A stretch of DNA of 64,000 nt from Patescibacteria group bacterium (GTDB lineage Bacteria > Patescibacteriota > Minisyncoccia > Phycocordibacterales > GCA-2747955), in NCBI GenBank assembly GCA_048538215.1, contig JBLYPV010000001.1, forward strand, positions 547,526-611,525. Reading direction: 5' to 3'. The notes beneath the pieces are model-generated. The model worked only from the letters and a program-made list of their open reading frames with translations. It did no database searches and was not told the DNA's origin. A program made the translations under genes and the position numbers. Below are positions 18,826 to 26,786 of the stretch, one piece after another (within the stretch, counting starts at the first letter, position 1; the number at the start of each line of letters is the position of its first letter).

Positions 18826-20760
18826 ATGCCACCTAAAAAAGTAGAAATTCCTCCTAGGAGTATTGAAGACGAAGAGCTTATCAAGCAGGTGAGCTTGGAA
18901 TTGCCTAATAAGGAAATTGTAGATGCGGTGTTGCAAAAGCTACCCCCAGAGCTTTTTGAACACATTGAGGATGTATCACAATTTTTGAATGATTTAGATG
19001 AGCGGGCGAAGGATAAAATTTTTGAACAAAAGGATAAAAGGCAAATCATAGAAGAATTATTGGTCGAAGAGACACGACGCAGAAAGAAAGACTTGGAAAA
19101 TTTTTCTCGTAATGTAAAGACTGGGCAAGAGAGGGTAGCAAGTGCTGAAGAAGAGAGAAAGGTATGGGAAGAGTACGAGAGAGAAAACAAAAAGGCACAA
19201 CGACAGGAAAAAATAATGCAGACTTTTGATAAATATGCGTTTAGAGATGGCGAGCAAGATATGTCAGAGGCGATTGACGCTTTAGGGGAGGGTATTGATG
19301 CACAGGTACAAGAAATAAAAGAAATAGAACGCGCTCAAGAAAAGCGATATCAATCACAGGTGGCAAGTGATAAAGATATTAAAAAATATCGTTCTTTTGC
19401 GCCATTGAATACTCCTGAGGGACGGATACGAGCGATAAAAGAAAGGAGACATCTCGAGGATCAAGAAAAAGCTCGTGAGAGAAAAAATATCGAACAAGCA
19501 AGGGCTGAGCAATTATCTTTTGCTCGCCAAGTAGATCATATGAAGTATGGTGAAAATGATGCTTGGACAAAAAGACGATTAGATTTAGAGGCAGAGCTTT
19601 CAAATAAAAGTAAAAAAAGACAAACAGAGAAAATGAAAGGATACTCGCGCGAAGAGCATGAAAAATTTGGCTTTGAAACACCTGAAAATTATGTAAAGCG
19701 TATTAAGCAAGAGCGCGAGCATGATTCGCATAAGCGATCTGATGAGGATGCACACTTTAGTGATCCGATAGATATTCTCAGTGAAGGTAAAACAGGCACT
19801 CCCTATAAAACAATACTCGAGCAAGGAGAGGTGCTCAAGGATTTTAATGCCACTAAGATTGAAGATTGGAAAAGGAAATTAGACGTATGGAAAAAGGGGG
19901 AAGGTGGGCTCACTATTGAAGAAATCCGCAATGAATTTCCTCTCGAAGCACTTGAGGCATATGATGAGATTGGCTATAAACAGATGCCAGAAGAAATACG
20001 GAAAGCGTGGAGCGTCGTGGGAGCCACTTGGGATAGCTATAAGAGAGGGCTTGGGCTCCGTAATGGTGATCGTGAGGTATACAACGAAGGGGTGCGAGCA
20101 AAGCAATTTAGGATTGGAGATACACAAGAGCGTGCAAGATACATACAAAGTGATAAAGCATACCATCGAGAGGTGGTACAAGCTCAGGCGGATCTAACAG
20201 CACGGATGGAGAAAATAAAACAGAGCGACGATCCAAAATTACTGGCAGAATATCGCACGCTCGCTCGCTACGCTCGCGAGCTTGCGAAGCAAGAAGGGTA
20301 TACCCTTAGTGAAGTGCATAGTATGGAAGGATATAAGCATCACAGTGAGAAATTGAGTGAGATGAATCGAGCCTTTCTCTATGGTAATTTATCAATAGGT
20401 GAATATGTAAGGTCTCCCTTTAAAAATGCCTATCACCTAACCAATATGGCTCGCCATAGCTATAGTAATTGGGAGCAAGGTGCCCTTTTGAGGAATCAAA
20501 AAAATAATAGTGGCTTTGAGCGTTGGGCTAAAGATAAACTGATTAGGACTCCACGAGCTATTGCCTATACTGGCCTTGGGGCACCGGTGGTGCTTTTGGT
20601 AAGTGCGATGGCGCTTGTGTGGAGTACTTGGAAGATAGGGAAATTTATTTTTAAAAAGGCAAAAGGTGCTCCCAAGAAGGGAGACAAGATTAACAATGCA
20701 ATTGATACAGCATTTTTTGAAAAAACAATTATAAAGGAAATAGGCAAATCAGCGAGGTAA
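18826..20760 (+). CDS. K/E/R-rich coiled-coil protein with C-terminal TM anchor
   Basis: Highly charged heptad-like sequence for >450 aa; hydrophobic helix TGLGAPVVLLVSAMALVW near the C-terminus. Confidence 0.45.
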   Translation: MPPKKVEIPPRSIEDEELIKQVSLELPNKEIVDAVLQKLPPELFEHIEDVSQFLNDLDERAKDKIFEQKDKRQIIEELLVEETRRRKKDLENFSRNVKTGQERVASAEEERKVWEEYERENKKAQRQEKIMQTFDKYAFRDGEQDMSEAIDALGEGIDAQVQEIKEIERAQEKRYQSQVASDKDIKKYRSFAPLNTPEGRIRAIKERRHLEDQEKARERKNIEQARAEQLSFARQVDHMKYGENDAWTKRRLDLEAELSNKSKKRQTEKMKGYSREEHEKFGFETPENYVKRIKQEREHDSHKRSDEDAHFSDPIDILSEGKTGTPYKTILEQGEVLKDFNATKIEDWKRKLDVWKKGEGGLTIEEIRNEFPLEALEAYDEIGYKQMPEEIRKAWSVVGATWDSYKRGLGLRNGDREVYNEGVRAKQFRIGDTQERARYIQSDKAYHREVVQAQADLTARMEKIKQSDDPKLLAEYRTLARYARELAKQEGYTLSEVHSMEGYKHHSEKLSEMNRAFLYGNLSIGEYVRSPFKNAYHLTNMARHSYSNWEQGALLRNQKNNSGFERWAKDKLIRTPRAIAYTGLGAPVVLLVSAMALVWSTWKIGKFIFKKAKGAPKKGDKINNAIDTAFFEKTIIKEIGKSAR

Positions 20761-20784
20761 TAATATTCGTAATACTAAGCCAAT

Positions 20785-22827
20785 ATGGAGGGTATGCTAT
20801 ACTCCTTTGGTATGAAGCTTAATGTGAAGCAAGAAGAGGCAGCGAGGGCACTTGAAGGGCCAGTTTTGGTACTTGCAGGGGCTGGTGCAGGGAAAACAGG
20901 CACGCTTACTGAGCGAATGATTAATCTCATTAAAAATGGCACACCGCCACAATCTATTTTGGCACTTACCTTTACCAACAAGGCTGCCGGCGAGATGAAG
21001 GATCGGGTGCGCGCGTCGGTACAAAAGATGCATAAAACAAGTGCAGAGCTGGAGCTAGCATGGAGCTTGCCTTGGGTGGGCACTTTTCATGCCTTGGGGG
21101 TGATGATTCTTAAAGAACAGCACCGAGAGCTTGGAATTAAGAAGCACTTTAGTATCTACGACAGAGATGATGCACGGAGAGCTATTAAGGAGGCAATCAA
21201 GCAGTGTGACTTGGATCCTAAGGCATGGGATACCAAGCAAATTTTGGGCTTTATTTCTTCTCATAAGGGTAAAAATATTGCACTAGAGGATATCCGTGCC
21301 CAAGGAGATTCTTCTTATTATTTTGATACACTGATTCAAATTTGGGAGCGCTATGAGGAAATTAAGCGTCAAGACGGAGCATTTGATTTTGATGATCTAC
21401 TACTTGAGACTGCCAAGCTTTTGGCAAAACGAGAAGATATTCGCAGGCTCTACCAAACACGCTTTCGCTACATTCACATAGATGAGTATCAAGATACTAA
21501 TCGGGTGCAATATCAAATTGTAAAGCTCTTAATTAATCCTGAGACGCAAAATATTTTTTGTGTAGGAGATCCTGATCAGCTTATTTATGGCTGGCGGGGG
21601 GCCGAGATAGGTAATATTATGCGCTTTGAAAAAGACTTTAAAGATAGTAAGACGATTATTCTAGAGCAGAATTATCGTTCTATGGCTAATATTATTACTG
21701 CTTCAAATGAAGTCATTGCACATAATACTAATCGCTTTAAAAAGGAGCTACAGAGCACTAAAGATGATGGTGAGCTTATAAGCTTGTATGGCGCGTATGA
21801 TGCTCGTGAAGAAGCACGGTGGCTTGCTCGAGAAATATCTATGCTCATCGAATCTGGGAAAGATCCAGGCAGTATGGCGGTCTTGTATCGAGCTAATTTT
21901 CAATCCCGGGCTCTTGAGGAAGCTTGCTTGAGTGCGAATATCCCTTACCAGGTGTTGGGTACTAAATTTTTTGATCGTAGTGAGGTCAAGGATGTAATGG
22001 CGTATATTCGAGCAGCTTTTAATCCCGATGCACTCATTGATGTGCGACGAGTAATAAATATGCCTCGGCGGGGGATTGGCAAAGTGGCTCTGGTAAAAAT
22101 ATTTTCTCATCAAACAGAATCATTACCTGCCAAAACAGCTCAAGCCCTCTCCCTTTTTTATATTATATTGGATGATATTGCTTCTTTTGCTCAAGAAAAC
22201 TCCCCGAGTGAGACGGTGCAGTATGTCATTGAGCGATCAGGGCTTGAAAAGATGTATCGGGCTAGTGGGAAAGAAGAAGACTTGGAACGACTTGCAAATA
22301 TGTATGAGCTCGGGGTGGTAGCAGAAAAATATGATACCCTCGATCAAGAAAATGCCTTGGAAAAATTTCTTGAGGAGATTGCCCTTTTGGGGGATCAAGA
22401 TACTAAGCAGGATGAACAAGCTTCTGTGAAGCTTATGACGATTCATGCTGCTAAAGGGCTTGAATTTGACACTGTGTTTCTCACAGGATGTGAAGAGGAT
22501 TTGTTTAGCCCACGAAGGGAGATGGATCAGAAGGCTATCCGTGAGAAAAGCGAGGAAGAACGCCGACTTTTTTATGTAGCAATGACACGCGCTCGAGATA
22601 AGCTCTATCTCTCGTGGGCATCCTTGCGTGAGGTTTTTGGGACTACGATGGTCAATACACTTGTATCATTTGTGGGGGATATCCCACCTGCGCTCATACA
22701 AGAAGAAGCCCCCATACACAGCGGGACTCTTGCAAGTGGAGCTACTTTGGGACGCTATGATGATTATGATGGCATAGATACGATAGCTGATGATGGAGAA
22801 CAAACTATCGAGCTTTTGGATTGGTAG
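20785..22827 (+). CDS. pcrA: UvrD/PcrA/Rep-family ATP-dependent DNA helicase
   Basis: GAGAGKT Walker A, IHIDEYQDTN motif II, YRSMANI, VLYRANFQSRALEE, MTIHAAKGLEFDTVFL. Confidence 0.85.
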   Translation: MEGMLYSFGMKLNVKQEEAARALEGPVLVLAGAGAGKTGTLTERMINLIKNGTPPQSILALTFTNKAAGEMKDRVRASVQKMHKTSAELELAWSLPWVGTFHALGVMILKEQHRELGIKKHFSIYDRDDARRAIKEAIKQCDLDPKAWDTKQILGFISSHKGKNIALEDIRAQGDSSYYFDTLIQIWERYEEIKRQDGAFDFDDLLLETAKLLAKREDIRRLYQTRFRYIHIDEYQDTNRVQYQIVKLLINPETQNIFCVGDPDQLIYGWRGAEIGNIMRFEKDFKDSKTIILEQNYRSMANIITASNEVIAHNTNRFKKELQSTKDDGELISLYGAYDAREEARWLAREISMLIESGKDPGSMAVLYRANFQSRALEEACLSANIPYQVLGTKFFDRSEVKDVMAYIRAAFNPDALIDVRRVINMPRRGIGKVALVKIFSHQTESLPAKTAQALSLFYIILDDIASFAQENSPSETVQYVIERSGLEKMYRASGKEEDLERLANMYELGVVAEKYDTLDQENALEKFLEEIALLGDQDTKQDEQASVKLMTIHAAKGLEFDTVFLTGCEEDLFSPRREMDQKAIREKSEEERRLFYVAMTRARDKLYLSWASLREVFGTTMVNTLVSFVGDIPPALIQEEAPIHSGTLASGATLGRYDDYDGIDTIADDGEQTIELLDW

Positions 22828-22835
22828 GGATTTTA

Positions 22836-22881
22836 AAATTAGGTATTAATTACTACACGTGTAGTAATTAATACCTAATTT
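22836..22881. repeat. 46-bp perfect palindrome centred on CACGTG (copy 1 of 3)
   Basis: aaattaggtattaattactaCACGTGtagtaattaatacctaattt. Confidence 0.9.
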
Positions 22882-22897
22882 ATGTTATAGTGGAGTA

Positions 22898-23482
22898 ATG
22901 AAATTAGGCAGAAGAGAGAAGGCGGTACTCGAAGAGCTACTCGCGTTCCCTGGAGATTATGCTATGAGCTTTTTGTTGTCTCGTGGGTCACTGATGCGGA
23001 TGTATGATATTGGAATTGAACGAAGAGAAGAGCGGGCTCTTAAGCGACAACAGTACTATGATCTTAAAAAGCGGAAAAAATTATTACTAGAGCGTCTCGA
23101 GCGCAAGGGCCTCGTCACTTTAGTGCCAGATGGGGATGATATACAAGTCAAACTGACCAAAACTGGCCATTCTTTTGCTGGGGTAGCTCAATTGCTCAAT
23201 GCCTCGAATAAGAAAAATGATGCCAAGTGGGATGGCAAGTGGACACTGGTGATGTTTGATATGCCAAAAGATCATTCGTATGAGCGTCAATCATTGGTGC
23301 ACTTGCTCAAACAAGTGGGCTTTATTCAAATTCAGATGTCGAATTATATTTTTCCATATGAGGTGCCTGCAGTGCAAGAATTTTTACTTCGTAATCCAAG
23401 TTTGGGTACTTATTGCCAGATATTTCGAGGAAAGTATCTAGGGGATGATACTAAATTACGAGAGAAATTTGATTTAAGATAA
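22898..23482 (+). CDS. small wHTH protein with C-terminal Cas2/VapD-like ferredoxin-fold domain (PaaX-like?)
   Basis: N-terminus predicted helical (REKAVLEELLAF...); C-terminus WTLVMFDMPKD..ERQSLVHLLKQVGFIQIQMSNYIF resembles the beta1-alpha-beta core of Cas2/PaaX_C; flanked by palindromes. Confidence 0.35.
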   Translation: MKLGRREKAVLEELLAFPGDYAMSFLLSRGSLMRMYDIGIERREERALKRQQYYDLKKRKKLLLERLERKGLVTLVPDGDDIQVKLTKTGHSFAGVAQLLNASNKKNDAKWDGKWTLVMFDMPKDHSYERQSLVHLLKQVGFIQIQMSNYIFPYEVPAVQEFLLRNPSLGTYCQIFRGKYLGDDTKLREKFDLR

Positions 23483-23513
23483 AATTGACTCTATTTAAAA
23501 TATATAGGGTATT

Positions 23514-23561
23514 AAAATTAGGTATTAATTACTACACGTGTAGGGATTAATGCCTAATTTT
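23514..23561. repeat. CACGTG-centred palindrome, copy 2 (imperfect right arm)
   Basis: aaaattaggtattaattactaCACGTGtagggattaatgcctaatttt. Confidence 0.85.
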
Positions 23562-23593
23562 GCTGGGGTGGGGGGTGGAGGTGGTATAATAAA

Positions 23594-24403
23594 ATGATGA
23601 AGGCAAAAAAATCTCTGGGCCAAAATTTTCTCACTCATACTTCCACTCTAGAAAAAATAGCCGGTCAAGCATTGCCTGGTATATTAGTACTTGAGGTGGG
23701 GCCAGGAAAGGGCGCGCTTACTCAAAAATTATTATCTTCTGGGCTACAAGTCCTTGCGGTAGAGAAAGATGAACAATTAGTAGAACACTTACGAGAAAAA
23801 TTTGCCCCAGCGATTCGATCGCAGTCGCTTATCCTGGTATCAGGAGACATTCTTCACTTGGATATACCACTTTTGGTGGGCTACGAGCCCTATCAGATTA
23901 TCGCTAACATACCTTACTACATTACAGGGCACTTTATGCGTATGGTATTAGAATCGGACGCCCTTCCTCAGTGTATGGTGCTCTTACTTCAGCTTGAGGT
24001 AGTAGACCGCATGCTCGCTCGAGATGGAAAACACTCCTTGCTTTCTTTGTCGGTACAGGCATTTGGGCAGGTGTCACGCTTGTGCAAGGTGCCTGCACAT
24101 TACTTCAAGCCAAGCCCTAAAGTGGATTCGGCTGTCGTACGGATAGATGATATTAGCACTAGCTATTTTGAGGATGCTGGGATCACTCCTGAGCAATTCT
24201 TTGCTCTTATTCGCCAGGGCTTTAGTAGTAAACGCAAGACATTCGTCAATAATATGAAAGCTCACAAGCTATATAGCACCTACGACTGGGCTCAGATACT
24301 AGAGACACACAAGATAGACAAGCGAGTGCGGGCTGAGGATATTAGCTTGGAGGATTGGGCAAAGCTCGTGCAAGCTACACACTTGAGCCGTGGTAGAGAA
24401 TAA
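23594..24403 (+). CDS. rsmA: 16S rRNA (adenine1518/1519-N6)-dimethyltransferase
   Basis: SLGQNFL...LEVGPGKGALT...NIPY motifs. Confidence 0.85.
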   Translation: MMKAKKSLGQNFLTHTSTLEKIAGQALPGILVLEVGPGKGALTQKLLSSGLQVLAVEKDEQLVEHLREKFAPAIRSQSLILVSGDILHLDIPLLVGYEPYQIIANIPYYITGHFMRMVLESDALPQCMVLLLQLEVVDRMLARDGKHSLLSLSVQAFGQVSRLCKVPAHYFKPSPKVDSAVVRIDDISTSYFEDAGITPEQFFALIRQGFSSKRKTFVNNMKAHKLYSTYDWAQILETHKIDKRVRAEDISLEDWAKLVQATHLSRGRE

Positions 24404-24788
24404 TGAGCCCTGCTGGTTGTCCTGGGTAGGGACATACCCCGCTACCACAAGGAATAATACAGGGGGCAAAAACACCTCCCATACCTAAAAGCCATTGCCC
24501 AGGATGAGTAGGTGGCCCATAGGGAAAGCTTATCGATACTCCTGGGAGGTACATTAAGGGCACGGGAAAAAATCCACCTGTTGGCAAAGGTTGCTCTATG
24601 GTAATGGCTACTCCAGCTGGCGCTAAACATCCAGGGAAGTATTGAGTAATAATACCTCCAAAAGGTATTCCCCCAGCGGGCAATTGTTGCGCTTTTGTTG
24701 TGAATATAAAAATAGATAGAAACAACATACTACACACAAGAAATATCGTTAGTAATTTGTGTATGAATAGTAATGGAGTAGTACGCAT
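24375..24788 (-). CDS. small Gly/Pro-rich secreted or membrane protein (uncertain)
   Basis: N-terminal hydrophobic segment, GG/PG-rich body; overlaps the rsmA 3' end by 29 nt. Confidence 0.3.
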   Translation of the reverse strand: MRTTPLLFIHKLLTIFLVCSMLFLSIFIFTTKAQQLPAGGIPFGGIITQYFPGCLAPAGVAITIEQPLPTGGFFPVPLMYLPGVSISFPYGPPTHPGQWLLGMGGVFAPCIIPCGSGVCPYPGQPAGLIILYHGSSV

Positions 24789-24857
24789 AGCTCTATCCTA
24801 CACTGAGCCGAGCTACTCGTCTAGTATTTTTTTGGGAATATCTGGTATGATTGAAAA

Positions 24858-25757
24858 ATGAAGCGAGCACTTATATTGCTAGCAGGGTCTCTTTTTTTTC
24901 TTGGAGCTTTAATATATACGGGGCTTATAATTTTTAATTCAAAGCAATCAAATATTCCAACAGCTCTTCAGAATCAAACAAATACAGATACAGGAGATAA
25001 TCAGATAGACACTGATGGTGATGGATTGGCTGATTGGGAGGAAGAATTATACGGAACAAGCAAGTATCGAGCTGATACTGACGGGGATGGTATAAGTGAT
25101 GCTGAGGAGGTGCGGAGAGGTAGTGATCCTACAAGCTACTATGCTCAAGATATTTTTGATATTCAAGTAATAGAGGAGGATACTGATCAGTATCGATTTA
25201 ATCAGACGAGCAATCCAGGCTCAGTCGATGATGTACTCAATGCAATTGACGATATAGTGCGTGCAGGGAATGAAGAAAGCCAAGATGACACATCACCAGA
25301 GAGCACAAGCCCCAGCACTCAGGCGCTCAAAATATGTATCAATCAATTGGCCTTTGTGGTACAGGAGGCGCTCGTGACTACCCCAGAGGATTCAGCTATA
25401 TTGGGGCGCTATTTATTGGGAGAAAGTAGTAATAGAGCGCCTCTCATCTCTTTGCGAGATGCTCAGCTCGGGGCAGCTCAAAGAGTAGCTCGTCTTCGCT
25501 TTGAGGATTGCCCCAGCTTAGACCTCATACAAGATGCATTGCAGTCAGTATACGCTAATACGGGGGCTACTGTGGTGGCTATTCTTGATACTCCACAAGC
25601 AAGCCAGGAGCAATATCTACTTTGGCAAAAATATGGACTTTTGGTAAGTGAGTGGCTTGAAATTATACACTCAATACGCACCAAGGCTCAAGTAGCAGGT
25701 ATCAGCTACACAAATGATGAGCCGGGATATATTTTTACTCAAAATAGTGTGCAATAG
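24858..25757 (+). CDS. membrane-anchored protein with thrombospondin-type-3-like Ca-binding repeats
   Basis: N-terminal TM; DTDGDGLADWEE and DTDGDGISDAEE motifs. Confidence 0.45.
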   Translation: MKRALILLAGSLFFLGALIYTGLIIFNSKQSNIPTALQNQTNTDTGDNQIDTDGDGLADWEEELYGTSKYRADTDGDGISDAEEVRRGSDPTSYYAQDIFDIQVIEEDTDQYRFNQTSNPGSVDDVLNAIDDIVRAGNEESQDDTSPESTSPSTQALKICINQLAFVVQEALVTTPEDSAILGRYLLGESSNRAPLISLRDAQLGAAQRVARLRFEDCPSLDLIQDALQSVYANTGATVVAILDTPQASQEQYLLWQKYGLLVSEWLEIIHSIRTKAQVAGISYTNDEPGYIFTQNSVQ

Positions 25758-25789
25758 TCGGATAGTATTTTATATATGAGCTTGGTACA

Positions 25790-26767
25790 ATGAGGTATAT
25801 GAATACTGACTGGCTTCCCAGTAAGACAGTGATTGCATTTGTGCTTATTCCTCTGCTTACTATTTTTGCAATATGGATGATTGGCCAATTACAGAGCGAG
25901 CGCTCAGCAAAACAAGCCAAGCAAGAGCTTGCTTTTGTTGAGACGCTTAATTCAGCGGTCAATGCCTATAATGAGCGTGATTCTGATGGGGATTTGCTCA
26001 AAGACTGGGAGGAATTTTTATACAATACACGGATTGATAAAAAAGATACCGATGGTGACGGACTCGATGACTATAGTGAGGTTCTAGATCCTCTTCGAGA
26101 TCCTACTGTGCCTGATGCCCATCGAGGACGCCCGCAAGCACAGAGTGAATCTAATATAGATGTTATTGGTGATGATCCTTACTATGTGTATGATGATTCG
26201 CTCAATACGACAGAAAAATTTTCTCGAGATGTGCTCAACACCTTTGCCCAGCTTCAAGGCTCGGGGAGTATCAACACAGGAGTGCAAGAGCAATTACTCA
26301 AGAAAGTGAGCGAGAGCGTAGATCAGCGTGAGCAAAAACAAGCAGAGTATACTATCGAGGATATTAAAATTGCGTCGAGTAATAGTACCCAAGCCATCGC
26401 AAGTTACCGCAAGGGCTTTGAGAAGGCTACCCGTGTGCTCCGAGGGGTAAAAGAGCAAGATTTACTTTTACTTGCAAAATATGCAGAGACCAAAGACCCA
26501 TCAAAGCTTGATGAGCTTAAGCGCAACGCCGAGGCCTATTTACAATTTATAAATGAGCTCAAAGAGGTGCCTGTCCCTCCAGAGGTCGCAAATGTGCATC
26601 TGGAATTTTTGAATAATCTTTACATTATGCAAGAAAATATCCGAGATATGTCGGAGCCCGTAGAAGATCCACTAGGTGCCTTGATTGCAGCGGGGGATTA
26701 TTCAGTAGATGAAGAAGTGCTGGGGACAAATATCAAGGCTTTGTCGTTGTATTTCAATAATAATTAG
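25790..26767 (+). CDS. paralogue of 24858-25757 (TSP3-like repeats)
   Basis: N-terminal TM; DSDGDLLKDWEE and DTDGDGLDDYSE. Confidence 0.45.
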   Translation: MRYMNTDWLPSKTVIAFVLIPLLTIFAIWMIGQLQSERSAKQAKQELAFVETLNSAVNAYNERDSDGDLLKDWEEFLYNTRIDKKDTDGDGLDDYSEVLDPLRDPTVPDAHRGRPQAQSESNIDVIGDDPYYVYDDSLNTTEKFSRDVLNTFAQLQGSGSINTGVQEQLLKKVSESVDQREQKQAEYTIEDIKIASSNSTQAIASYRKGFEKATRVLRGVKEQDLLLLAKYAETKDPSKLDELKRNAEAYLQFINELKEVPVPPEVANVHLEFLNNLYIMQENIRDMSEPVEDPLGALIAAGDYSVDEEVLGTNIKALSLYFNNN

Positions 26768-26786
26768 ATTAGTATAAAAGTATAAT

